Assembly: GCA_963833225.1 (NCBI GenBank) | Contig: CAWHXD010000008.1 | Coordinates: forward strand, 704,001 to 768,000 | Source of the DNA: an uncultured Chloroflexia bacterium | Lineage (GTDB): Bacteria; Chloroflexota; Limnocylindria; Limnocylindrales; CSP1-4 | Length of the DNA: 64,000 nt | Reading direction: 5' to 3' | Part shown: positions 44,260 through 56,299 of the stretch, in pieces | Numbering within the stretch: position 1 is the stretch's first letter | Layout of the letters: each line of letters opens with the position of its first letter | Notes under the pieces: generated by a model | Databases searched by the model: none | What the model was told of the DNA's origin: nothing | What the model saw: only the letters and a program-made list of their open reading frames with translations | Program-made: the position numbers and the translations under genes

Positions 44260-46201
44260 TCAGGCGGGCTCGGGGCCGCCCGGCAGGAGGGCGTCGCTGC
44301 CGGCGTCCGGTGGCGGGGCATCCGCGGACTCGAGCGCAGCGGCGGGCTCGGGCGGGGCGGCGGGATCAGGTGATCCGGCATCGGAAGGATGGGGCTCCGA
44401 ATCACCGGCCGAGGCAGGCAGGTCGCCCTGCGGTGCCTCACCCTCGCCGTCCGGAGCGTCCTCGACGACCGTCGCGTCCAGCGTCGAAACCGACGCATCC
44501 CCGAGCAGCCGCTGCGCGGCCGCCTCGTAGAGCAGGATCGAGCCGGCGACGGCGGCGTTGAGGGACTCAATGCGGCCGTGCATCGGGATCCGGACGAGCA
44601 GGTCGCAACGACGGCGGACGGCGGGGCCGAGGCCGCGCCCCTCGCTGCCCACCACGATGGCGATGGGGCCCCGCAGGTCAGCCTCGCGCGCCGTGAGCGA
44701 GGCGTCCCCGTCGGCACCGACGATCCGCAGGCCGCGGCCGTGCAGGTCAGCCAGCACACCTGGCAGATCGTCCACGGGTGCCAGGCGGAGGTGCTCGGTC
44801 GCGCCCGCGCTGGCTTTCACGGCCGCGGGGCTCAGCGGCGCCTGGCGGTGGGTCGGGAACATGGCGCCGTGGACCCCGGTGGCCTCGGCGCTGCGCAGGA
44901 GCGTGCCGACGTTCTGCGGATCTTCGAGCGAATCCAGCACCAGGACTAGGGGCGGCTCTCCGCGCTCGACGGCCAGGGCGAGGATCTCGTCCGGCGAGGC
45001 GAACCGCCGCGGCGTCACCACCAGCGCGATCCCCTGGTGACCGTCGAACCCGGCGATGGCGGTGAGGGTGCCGCCCTCGACCTCCACGACCGGGATCCGA
45101 AGGCTGGTCGCGTGCAGGACCAGCTTCTCGAGTGCCATGCGACGCTGGGGAACGACAAGCAGGCGCACGGCCTCGCGACGGGCGACGAACGCCTCCTCCA
45201 CGGGTCGCCGCCCCGCGACCAGCTCCTCGCCCTCCGCAAGCGTGACCGAGGGGTCCACGACGCCGGGGGAGCGCGGCTGCGGGAAGCGCGCGGCGCCACG
45301 GATCGGCGGTCGGCCGGGCCCGGCAGACGGGCGGCGGTCGTATCGATCGGCCGACCGAGGGCCTGGTCGGAACGACGGAGCGACTCCCGCATCCTGGGCC
45401 GGGGAGTCCTCGCGTGTATCGGCGACGATCTGGTCCTCGTCCCAGCGGGGCGGCTCGACCCGCTGATCAGGGGGGAGCGGGCCGTCGCGGCGCTGGGCGT
45501 AGGGCGGCGGGCCGTCGCGGCGCTGGGCGTAGGGCGGCGGGCCGTCGCGGCGCTGGGCGTAGGGCGGCGGGCCGTCGCGGCGCTGGGCGTAGGGCGGCGG
45601 GCCGTCGCGGCGCTGGGCGTAGGGCGGCGGGCCGTCGCGGCGCTGGGCGTAGGGCGGCGGGCCGTCGCGGCGCTGGGCGTAGGGCGGCGGGCCGTCGCGG
45701 CGCTGGGCGTAGGGCGGCGGGCCGTCGCGGCGCTGGGCGTAGGGCGGCGGGCCGTCGCGGCGCTGGGCGTAGGGCGGCGGGCCGTCGCGGCGCTGGGCGT
45801 AGGGCGGCGGGCCGTCGCGGCGCTGGGCGTATGGGCGGCGGGCCGGCGCCTCGAGGCGGACCACCAGGGCCTCCCCTGCCCCCCGGCGTGTCGTCCTCCC
45901 AGGGCCGCGATGGCCTCTCCTCCGACCCCTCGTCGCGGAACCCGAAGCCCGACCGTTCGCGTCCGGCACGATCCGCGCCGGGAGGTCGGCCGGGACCGCT
46001 ACCGCCCGGTCTGCCGCCGCCCGGCCTGCCACCTGACCGACTGCCGCCTGGCCCGGTACCGCGGCGAGAGGGTCCACCGGGACGCCCGCCGGGTCGCCCA
46101 CCCGGTCGTCGCCCTCGGTCTTGACCACCGTCGGCCCGGTTGCGCTCGCTCCCGTCCCCTGTCGGGCCGTCGCCGTCGCGCGGTCGATTGCGGTCAGGCA
46201 C
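44260..46201 (-). CDS. rlmB: 23S rRNA G2251 2'-O-methyltransferase RlmB with long repetitive N-terminal extension (apparent 1-nt frameshift at 45832)
   Basis: SpoU motifs LEDPQNVGTLLRSA, VGSEGRG, IPM.G.IESLNAAVA; follows cysS. Likely start is GTG 46201 overlapping the cysS stop; alternative in-frame GTG at 46128. Confidence 0.9.
45481..45841. repeat. Tandem repeat, 12 x 30 bp (GCCGTCGCGGCGCTGGGCGTAGGGCGGCGG)
   Basis: 11 identical units plus one with an extra T; no spacers; encodes YAQRRDGPPP in the rlmB frame. Confidence 0.98.
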
Positions 46202-47603
46202 CGGTGGTCGCCACGTGGCGCCAGCGCTGACCGTCGCGGGTGTCCTCGACGGCGATGCCCCGGGCGAGCAGCTCGTCCCGAAGCCGGTCCGACGCGGCCC
46301 AGTCACGAGCCGCGCGCGCGGCGACACGCTCATCGAGCAGCGCCACGAGCCCCGGGTCCAGCTCGACGCCTGCCGGCGCGGCGACTCCGAGCACCGTGTC
46401 CAGCTCGCGAATCAGCGCCACCGCCCGACCGGCGTCGGCCGTCGAGAGCGTCCGAGCGTCGAGTCGCCGGTTGAGGTCGCGAACGCCGTCGAACACCGAC
46501 GCGAGGGCCGCCGAGATGTTCAGGTCGTCGTCCAGGCCCGCCTCGAAGCCGGTCCGGATCGCGTCCAGGACGGCGGGCAGCCCGGGGTCGTCGGCGCGTT
46601 CCTCGCGGTACGCGGCAAGGGCGGCCAGGAGCGCGTCGATCCGCTCCACGGCGGCGGTGGCGGCGGGCAGCGACTCATCGGAATAGTGGAGCGGAGCCCG
46701 GTAATGCACCGAGAGCAGCGCGTAACGGAGGGCCCTCGCGGAGACACCGGACTCGATGAGGTCCGCGACCCGTTCGAAGTTCCCGGTCCTCCGGGCCATC
46801 TTCTCGCCGCCGATCCGCAGGTGGGCACAGTGGAGCCAGTTCCGGACGAACGGCTGGCCCGTGGCCGCCTCGGACTGGGCGAGCTCGTCCTCGTGGTGCG
46901 GGAACACCAGGTCCTCGCCGCCGGTATGGATGTCGAAGGACGGGCCTAGGTGCGCCATGCTCATCGCGGAGCACTCGATATGCCAGCCGGGTCGGCCGGG
47001 CCCGATCCGGGTCTCCCACGACGGCTCGTTGGGCTTTGGCCCCTTCCAGAGAGCGAAGTCCCGCACGTCGTCCTTGCCGTAGTCGTCCGCCTCGACGCGC
47101 TCGCCGACCCGCATCGCCTCCGGGTCGAGGCGCGCAAGTCGGCCGTACCGCGGCCAGGAGGCGATCCGGAAGAACACCGAGCCATCATCGGTGCGGTACG
47201 CGTGGCCCTTCTCGATGAGCGAGGCGACGAGGTCGGCGATCTGCGGGATGTGCTCGGTGGCGCGCGGCAGGACGTCTGGACGGGTCATGCCCAGCGCCTC
47301 GATGTCCGCCAGGAAGCGAGCGGCAAAGCGGTCCGTCAGCTCCCGGGGGGTGACGCCCTCTGATGCGGCACGGCTGATGATCCGGTCGTCGATATCCGTC
47401 AGGTTCATGACCCACGTCACGCGCAGCCCGCGGTACCGCAGGTAGCGGACGAGCAGGTCCGCGAACAGGAACGACCGGAAGTTGCCGATGTGGGCGGGTC
47501 CGTAGACGGTGGGCCCGCAGCTGTAGATCCGTACGTGCCCGCTCTCGATGGGCTCGAGCGGGCGGACCTCGCCGGTCAGCGTGTCCTGGAGGCGGATCGT
47601 CAT
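46194..47603 (-). CDS. cysS: Cysteinyl-tRNA synthetase
   Basis: CGPTVY, HIGN, GRPGWHIECSAM, FPHHE. Confidence 0.98.
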   Translation of the reverse strand: MTIRLQDTLTGEVRPLEPIESGHVRIYSCGPTVYGPAHIGNFRSFLFADLLVRYLRYRGLRVTWVMNLTDIDDRIISRAASEGVTPRELTDRFAARFLADIEALGMTRPDVLPRATEHIPQIADLVASLIEKGHAYRTDDGSVFFRIASWPRYGRLARLDPEAMRVGERVEADDYGKDDVRDFALWKGPKPNEPSWETRIGPGRPGWHIECSAMSMAHLGPSFDIHTGGEDLVFPHHEDELAQSEAATGQPFVRNWLHCAHLRIGGEKMARRTGNFERVADLIESGVSARALRYALLSVHYRAPLHYSDESLPAATAAVERIDALLAALAAYREERADDPGLPAVLDAIRTGFEAGLDDDLNISAALASVFDGVRDLNRRLDARTLSTADAGRAVALIRELDTVLGVAAPAGVELDPGLVALLDERVAARAARDWAASDRLRDELLARGIAVEDTRDGQRWRHVATTGA

Positions 47604-48787
47604 GGCGCCGCCCTCAGCGTCGCCACGGCGCGGGCCGAGATGGACCGGCCTGCCCCTTCGTCGCCCGCCAGGTTGCCGCTGGAGGCCTTCACGTTGACGA
47701 GGCCCGGATCGAGATCCAGCGCCCCGGCGATGGCATCGCGCATGTCGTCGAGGCGGGCACCGAGCCGGGGCCGGGCACCGATGACCACGATGTCGATCGC
47801 CGCCGGCGCAAGCCCCGCGGCGGCCACCGCGTCGACGACCTCGCGGAGCATCGTCTCGCTCGCGATCCCCTGGGGCGTCCGGGCATCAGCCGGGAACAGG
47901 CGACCCAGGTCCCCGAGGGCGGCCGCGCCGAGCAGGGCGTCGGCCACCGCGTGGAGCACGACGTCACCGTCCGAGTGCCCCGCCAGCCGCGGCGCGCCCT
48001 CGATCTCGATCCCACCCAGCCGGAGGCCGGTGGCGGGGCCGAACGGATGGCTGTCGTGGCCCAGGCCGACGCGCACGGTTGCGGGGGCGAGCGCCTGTTC
48101 GACCCGGCGCAGGTCGTCGGGCAACGTCACCTTGAGGTTCGTGGGTTCACCGGGAATGGCATGCACGTGGATGTTACATGCCTCGAGCAGGGCGGCCTCG
48201 TCGGTGAACTCCCGGCTGCCCTCGGGTGGAAAGGCGGTCCAGGCATCGAGCAGCAGGCCCCGGCGGGCACCCTGCGGGGTCTGGGCAGCGGCGAGGGTCG
48301 CACGATCCACCGTCTCGAGCACCGCGCCATCCTCGACGCGCTTGAGCGTCTCCACCACGGGCACGACCGGCAGGGCAGCGCCGTGCGATCGGACCGCCCG
48401 GACCACCGCGGCCACCAGCGCCGGGGTGACGAGTGGCCGCGCCCCATCGTGGACCAGCACCGGCCGGTCCCCGCCCGCCGGATCCAGGGCATCGAGGTGG
48501 CGCACGCCGGCGGCGACCGACTGCTGCCGGGTGGACCCGCCGGCCACGACCTCGACCCCCGGGGTCAGCCACGGAGCGGCCCGCAATGCGGTCACCCGCC
48601 CCGGCGCCGTGACCAGGATCAGCCGCTCCACCTCGGGCGCGGCAGCGAGCGCGTCGAGGGTCCAGGCGAGGAGCGGCCGCCCCCAGACGAGCGCCATCAG
48701 CTTGTCGGTCCCCCCCATCCGCCGCGACGAGCCCGCCGCAACCACCACGGCGTCCGCCCGTGGGGCACCCGTGGTCGCGCCGGCCAC
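47600..48787 (-). CDS. ispDF: Bifunctional IspD/IspF (MEP pathway)
   Basis: IspD AAGSSRRMG, HDGARP, QTPQ, NLKVT fused to IspF GHDSH, HSDGDV.LHA..DA. Confidence 0.93.
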   Translation of the reverse strand: MAGATTGAPRADAVVVAAGSSRRMGGTDKLMALVWGRPLLAWTLDALAAAPEVERLILVTAPGRVTALRAAPWLTPGVEVVAGGSTRQQSVAAGVRHLDALDPAGGDRPVLVHDGARPLVTPALVAAVVRAVRSHGAALPVVPVVETLKRVEDGAVLETVDRATLAAAQTPQGARRGLLLDAWTAFPPEGSREFTDEAALLEACNIHVHAIPGEPTNLKVTLPDDLRRVEQALAPATVRVGLGHDSHPFGPATGLRLGGIEIEGAPRLAGHSDGDVVLHAVADALLGAAALGDLGRLFPADARTPQGIASETMLREVVDAVAAAGLAPAAIDIVVIGARPRLGARLDDMRDAIAGALDLDPGLVNVKASSGNLAGDEGAGRSISARAVATLRAAP

Positions 48788-48790
48788 CGG

Positions 48791-49846
48791 TCAGTCCTGG
48801 CGCGGTTGGGCGAAGATCATCCGGCCGGCCACCGTCTGGAGCACGCGCGTGACCGTGAGGTCCACGTCGCGGTCGATGAGGCGGGCGCCCCCCTCCACCA
48901 CGATCATCGTGCCGTCGTCGAGGAACCCGACACCCTGGCCCGATTCCTTGCCCTCCTGGATCACCTTGACCCGCAGCTCCTCGCCCGGGAGCACGGCCGG
49001 CTTCACGGCGTTGGCAAGCGAGTTGATGTTCATCACGCGAACGCCCTGGAGCTCCGCCACGCGGTTCAGGTTGAAATCGTTGGTCAGGATCACCTGGCTG
49101 CGGTGCTTGGCGAGCTCGACGAGCTTCGCATCCACCTCGGCGATGCCCGGCGCCTCGTCCTCGACGACGTCCACCGGTGTCCGCGGATCCCGCTGCATCC
49201 GGTTGAGGATCTCGAGGCCGCGCCGGCCCCGGTTGCGCCGCAGGGTGTCCGACGAATCCGCGATGTGCTGGAGCTCCTCGAGCACGAACCGCGGCACGAC
49301 GAGCGTCCCGTACACGAAGCCCGACTCGACGATCTCGGCGATCCGCCCGTCGATCAGGACGCTGGTATCGACCACGATGCGCGGCCCACCCTCGGCGGGC
49401 TCGGGCTCGGCGCCGGGCCGCCGGACGAGGCCCGCACCCTCGGCGGCCGCGATCAGGTCAGACCGCTTGGCCACCGTGAGGCCCATCATCCCGAGCCCCA
49501 GGAACAACGAGATCCCGAGCGGCAGCCAGGTACCCAGCGGACCTTCGATCTGCGCGAGCGGCAGGGACAGCAGCAGGCCCAGGAGCAGGCCGACGAACAG
49601 GCCGAGGACGGCGGCCACGAACTCGGCCGTCGACATCTCCTGCACCCGTTGCACGAGCCAGGCGGCCGGCACGACCGTGAGATACGGGAACACGGCGAAG
49701 CCGACCACCATCCAGGCGATCGTCCAGGCGGCGAGGATGAACCCGGCGTACTCCACGCCGTTGAACAGTCCTGTCCCCCCGGCGGCGATCCCGATCCCGA
49801 TGAGGGCACCGAGCGCCGCGCCCAGGACGCGGATGCTGCGGATCAA
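48791..49846 (-). CDS. Membrane PIN/TRAM-domain protein (YacL family)
   Basis: 4 TM helices, PIN DTSVLIDGRI...TNDFNL, TRAM GKESGQGVGFLDDGTMIVVE; TTG start inferred. Confidence 0.93.
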   Translation of the reverse strand: MIRSIRVLGAALGALIGIGIAAGGTGLFNGVEYAGFILAAWTIAWMVVGFAVFPYLTVVPAAWLVQRVQEMSTAEFVAAVLGLFVGLLLGLLLSLPLAQIEGPLGTWLPLGISLFLGLGMMGLTVAKRSDLIAAAEGAGLVRRPGAEPEPAEGGPRIVVDTSVLIDGRIAEIVESGFVYGTLVVPRFVLEELQHIADSSDTLRRNRGRRGLEILNRMQRDPRTPVDVVEDEAPGIAEVDAKLVELAKHRSQVILTNDFNLNRVAELQGVRVMNINSLANAVKPAVLPGEELRVKVIQEGKESGQGVGFLDDGTMIVVEGGARLIDRDVDLTVTRVLQTVAGRMIFAQPRQD

Positions 49847-50026
49847 GATGGTCCTCGAACGGTGGCTGCGAGAGTGATGAGTGCATCGCCGGGCACGGGA
49901 CAAGCGCGGCCCGGCGAGCCTAGCACGCGGCACGGCGCGCCTGCACCCTGCCGGCAGTCAGCAGGGAAACGGTACCTCCAGGCCAGCGCGCGCGCCGCCC
50001 CGGGAGCCCCGGGGTCCGGGCGGCAG

Positions 50027-51430
50027 TCAGCCCGGCCGGCGACCCGCGCCGTCGGCGAGCGCCGCACCGATGGCGTCGGAGAGCGAACCGACCTCGACGA
50101 CCTCGATCCCGGCGGCCTTGGCCGACTCCCGCGCCCGGACGCGCGGGACGATCGCGCGGGTGAACCCGAGGCGTGCCGCTTCGCGAAGCCGGCGATCCAG
50201 GCCGGTCACGCCCCGCAGCTCACCGAGCAGGCCCACCTCGCCAATCGCCACGCTGCCGGCCACGACCGGGCGATCGCGCAGCGATGACGCCAGCGCGAGC
50301 GCGAGCGGCAGGTCGAGCCCGGGTTCCGTGACCGACAGCCCGCCGGCCAGGTTCGCGTAGACGTCGTGCGAGCCGAGCCCGATGCCCGCCCGCCGGCCGA
50401 GCACCGCCACGAGGAGCGCGAGCCGGTTGGGGTCGACGCCCGACGCCGTCCGCCGGGGCGACGGTGCCCCCGTTGGGGCGACGAGCGCCTGGACCTCCAC
50501 CAGCAGCGGCCTCGACCCCTCGAGCACCGGAGCGACGACGGAGCCCGGAGCCGGCTCGTCGTGGTCGGCCAGGAAGGCGCGGGCCGGGTCGGCCACCTCG
50601 GAGAGCCCCTTGTCCTGCATCTCGAACACGCCGACTTCCTCGGTCGACCCGTAGCGGTTCTTCGTCGCACGCAGCAGTCGCAGGCCCCCGGTCCGGTCGC
50701 CCTCGATCGAGAGCACCACGTCCACGAGGTGCTCGAGCGTCTTGGGGCCGGCCAGCGAGCCATCCTTGGTCACGTGCCCCACGAGCACCACCGGGACCCC
50801 CTCGGCTTTGGCCAGCTCCATCAGGCGGAGGGTCGCCTCGCGGACCTGGCCCACCGATCCCGGCGGCCCGTCCAGCTCCTCGGAGGTCACGGTCTGCACG
50901 GAGTCGACGACCAGCAGCGCGGGGCGCGCGTCCCGAGCCAGCTCGACGATCCGGCCCACACCCGTTTCGGCGACCACCCCGATGGCGTCGCCCACGGCGC
51001 CCCCGGTGAGCCCGAGGCGCGTCGCGCGGAGCCGGACCTGGGAAGTGGATTCCTCGCCTGTCGCGTACAGGACCGACCCACCGCCGCCCGCGACACCGGC
51101 CGCAACCTGTAGCAGCAGCGTGGACTTGCCGATCCCGGGCTCCCCACCGAGAAGCACCACGGACCCGGCGACGAGGCCGCCTCCCAGCACGCGGTCAAGC
51201 TCGCCGATGCCGACTGGACGGCGGATCTCCGCGTCCCCCGCACCCGCCTGGCTCAGCGGTGCAGGCGCCGTGCCCGAGGCCGTGACGGCCGCCGGTCGCT
51301 TCCGCGGCTCATCGCGAACGACCGTCTCGACCAGCGTGTTCCACTCGCCACACGTCCGGCATTGTCCCTCCCAGCGGAGGACGGCGGCCGCGCACGACTG
51401 GCAGACATAGCGGCTCTGCGAGCGGGCCAC
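50027..51430 (-). CDS. radA: DNA repair protein RadA/Sms
   Basis: C4 Zn finger, GEPGIGKST, KNRYG, Lon-like C-terminus. Confidence 0.98.
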   Translation of the reverse strand: MARSQSRYVCQSCAAAVLRWEGQCRTCGEWNTLVETVVRDEPRKRPAAVTASGTAPAPLSQAGAGDAEIRRPVGIGELDRVLGGGLVAGSVVLLGGEPGIGKSTLLLQVAAGVAGGGGSVLYATGEESTSQVRLRATRLGLTGGAVGDAIGVVAETGVGRIVELARDARPALLVVDSVQTVTSEELDGPPGSVGQVREATLRLMELAKAEGVPVVLVGHVTKDGSLAGPKTLEHLVDVVLSIEGDRTGGLRLLRATKNRYGSTEEVGVFEMQDKGLSEVADPARAFLADHDEPAPGSVVAPVLEGSRPLLVEVQALVAPTGAPSPRRTASGVDPNRLALLVAVLGRRAGIGLGSHDVYANLAGGLSVTEPGLDLPLALALASSLRDRPVVAGSVAIGEVGLLGELRGVTGLDRRLREAARLGFTRAIVPRVRARESAKAAGIEVVEVGSLSDAIGAALADGAGRRPG

Positions 51431-51453
51431 GGACGGCGCTCGACTGCGCGCCG

Positions 51454-53928
<2,475 letters not shown>

Positions 53929-54169
53929 CGGGTCGTGCCTTCTCCGTGGTCGCGGGGGCGACCTGCGGGCCATCCTAGCACCTGACCCTGTGGGGGGTGA
54001 TCCTCCGGCCAGGCCCCATGAAGACGCGCCATCGTACCGGCGCAACCGTCTGCCGTGGCCTGCGGGTCCGCGCCGGATTGGGCCGGCCGACGGCCGAACA
54101 CGTGGCGGAATTGAAACGACCCGCCCGTTGAGGGCGGGCCGTCGGCGATGGGAGCGATGCTCCCGCTGG

Positions 54170-56299
54170 TCAGCTCTTGGTTTCGGGCTCGGGCTCGGCG
54201 CCGGCTCCGGCTCGGCGACCGCCTCGGCGGCGGCCTCGGGCTCGGGCTCCGGCTCGGCGACTGCTTCCGGCTCGGGCTCCGGCTCGGCGACGGGCTCGGG
54301 CTCGGCGACGGGCTCGGCGACTGCTTCCGGCTCGGGCTCGGGCTCGGCGACCGGCTCCGGGCTCGGCGACTGCTTCCGGCTCGGGCTCGGGCTCGGCGAC
54401 CGGCTCCGGCTCGGCGACTGCTTCCGGCTCGGCCTCGGGCTCGGCGACCGGCTCCGGCTCGGCGACGGCTCCGGGCTCGGGCTCGGGCTCGGCGACCGGC
54501 TCCGGCTCGGCGGCGGCCTCGGGCTCAGCGGTGGATGCGGACGGAGTGTCCGCCGCCTCGGCCGCGGCCAGCTGGCTGCGGACCTGCGCGAACGCGGCGG
54601 CGAGGGTCGTGTCGATCCCGCCTTCCGGCTCGGAATGGGCCTCGGACGGCGCATAGCCGCGGTCCGGTCGCTCGCGGCGCTCACGCCGCTCGCGGCGCTC
54701 GCCCACGACCGGTGCCGACATGGTGCCCGGCTCCGGCATCGACCGGACGGGCGGCTCCTCGGCCTGCTTCAGGCTGAGCCCAAGGCGATGGCGCTCGGAG
54801 TCGAGGCTGATGATCTTGAGCTTGAGGACCTGGCCCTCGTGGACGACATCACCCGGATGCGCGACCCGCTGGTGGCTCAGCTCGCTGATGTGGATCAGGC
54901 CCTCGAGACCCTCGCGCACCCGCACAAAGGCGCCGAAGTTGACGAGCTTGGTCACCGTTCCGTCGATGACGTCGCCGACCTTGAAGTCCGCGACGGTCGA
55001 CTCCCACGGATCCGGCTGGAGGCGGCGGATGGACAGGCTGATCCGGCCGCGCTCATGGTTGATGTCGATGACCTCGGCCTCAACCTCGTCACCGACCTTG
55101 TAGCCGGCTTCAGGGTTGTTGACCTTGTTCCACGACAGCTCGCTCTTGTGGACGAGGCCGTCGATGCCACCGAGGTCGATGAACACGCCGAACGGCGCGA
55201 TCGACCGGACGTTGCCGGTGACCTTCTGGCCGACCAGGAGGCTGCTGAACAGCTCGTCCCGCTTCTCGCGGCGCTCCTCGTACAGCGCGACCTTCTCGGA
55301 CAGGATGAGCCGGTTCGCCTTGCGGTTGACCTCGAGGATCTTGAGGCGGAGCTTGCGGCCGACGTACGGCTGCAGCTTCTCCGCGATCTCCTGCGCGGCA
55401 TCGCGCGGCTGCTCGTTCTGCGGCCGGCGCGGGAAGTCCACGATCTGGCTGATCGGCACGAAGCCACGGATCCCACAGTCGACGATGAGGCCGCCCTTGT
55501 TGTGGTCGATGACGGGGGCATCGATGATGGTGCCCGCCTCGAACACCTCCTGCATCGAGCGCCACTTGCGCTCGAGACCGGCCCGGCGCAGCGAGAGGAC
55601 GACGTGGCCCTCCGGCGATTCGGGCTGCAGGACGTAGACCAGGACCACGTCGCCGATGGCCAGCTCCGGCTGCGTCTCCGCATGGCGGCCGAAGAGCTCC
55701 CGGTTGCTGACGACGCCCTCGGACTTCGCGCCGATATCGACAAGCATCTCGTCCTTGTCGATCCGGACGATCGTGCCTTCCACGACGTCGCCGTGCTTGA
55801 AGCTCTTGATGTCGGTGTCCTGCTCCGCGAGCAGCTCCTCCATCGTGGTCGGCTCCGGGCCGGTGGGCCGGACGATGACCGGCTCCGGTACCTCCGCCTC
55901 GGCCGCCGCCTCGGGGGTGACCTCCGCCTCGGCCGCCGCCTCGACGGGGGCCTCCGGAGTCGGCTCGACCGCCGCCTCCGGGGTCGGCTCGGCTGCCGCC
56001 TCTGGGGTCGGCTCGGCTGCCGCCTCTGGGGTCGGCTCGGCTGCCGCCTCTGGGGTCGGCTCGGCTGCCGCCTCTGGGGTCGGCTCGGCTGCGGGAACCG
56101 CCACTTCGGCCGCCGCCTCGACGGTGGCCTCCGGGCTCGGCTCGGGGGCCGGCTCGACGGCCGGCTCGGGGCTGGTCTCGGGGGTGGCGGGCTCGTCGGC
56201 GACGGCAATCGCCGCGACGGTCTCCTCGGACACCGGGGTATCGCTGGAGGCGACGGCCTCCGGCGCCGGCGCGGTCCCGCCCTGCTGCTCGTCGGTCAA
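54170..56299 (-). CDS. rpsA: 30S ribosomal protein S1 (4 S1 domains) with long Pro/Glu/Ala-rich arms
   Basis: VDIGAKSEG, RGFVPISQ, DGLVHKSELSW, EGLIHISEL; AGGAGA RBS before TTG 56299. Confidence 0.93.
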   Translation of the reverse strand: MTDEQQGGTAPAPEAVASSDTPVSEETVAAIAVADEPATPETSPEPAVEPAPEPSPEATVEAAAEVAVPAAEPTPEAAAEPTPEAAAEPTPEAAAEPTPEAAAEPTPEAAVEPTPEAPVEAAAEAEVTPEAAAEAEVPEPVIVRPTGPEPTTMEELLAEQDTDIKSFKHGDVVEGTIVRIDKDEMLVDIGAKSEGVVSNRELFGRHAETQPELAIGDVVLVYVLQPESPEGHVVLSLRRAGLERKWRSMQEVFEAGTIIDAPVIDHNKGGLIVDCGIRGFVPISQIVDFPRRPQNEQPRDAAQEIAEKLQPYVGRKLRLKILEVNRKANRLILSEKVALYEERREKRDELFSSLLVGQKVTGNVRSIAPFGVFIDLGGIDGLVHKSELSWNKVNNPEAGYKVGDEVEAEVIDINHERGRISLSIRRLQPDPWESTVADFKVGDVIDGTVTKLVNFGAFVRVREGLEGLIHISELSHQRVAHPGDVVHEGQVLKLKIISLDSERHRLGLSLKQAEEPPVRSMPEPGTMSAPVVGERRERRERRERPDRGYAPSEAHSEPEGGIDTTLAAAFAQVRSQLAAAEAADTPSASTAEPEAAAEPEPVAEPEPEPGAVAEPEPVAEPEAEPEAVAEPEPVAEPEPEPEAVAEPGAGRRARARAGSSRRARRRARARRRAGARAGSSRRAGARARGRRRGGRRAGAGAEPEPETKS
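54183..54528. repeat. Degenerate short repeats encoding (AEPEPV / EPEPEAV)n in the rpsA 3' end
   Basis: Recurrent GGCTCGGCGAC / GGCTCGGG units. Confidence 0.9.
55933..56092. repeat. 24-bp tandem repeat (EPTPEAAA)n in the rpsA 5' end
   Basis: GGGTCGGCTCGGCTGCCGCCTCTG x4 perfect (55981-56076), plus a partial and two degenerate units. Confidence 0.95.

Noticed and set aside
45481-45841. CRISPR array
   Set aside because: The 30-bp units are contiguous with no unique spacers, lie in frame inside a gene, and no cas genes are nearby
48791-49846. PIN domain as a toxin of a toxin-antitoxin or defence system
   Set aside because: Membrane PIN-TRAM (YacL) architecture in its conserved radA-ispD context, with no antitoxin gene
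53929-54169. CtsR box or CIRCE upstream of clpC (also a CIRCE-like CTAGCACCC at 56482)
   Set aside because: No convincing heptad repeat or second half-site; CTAGCA is explained by extended -10 elements (TGCTAG) on the minus strand; ctsR and mcsAB are absent here
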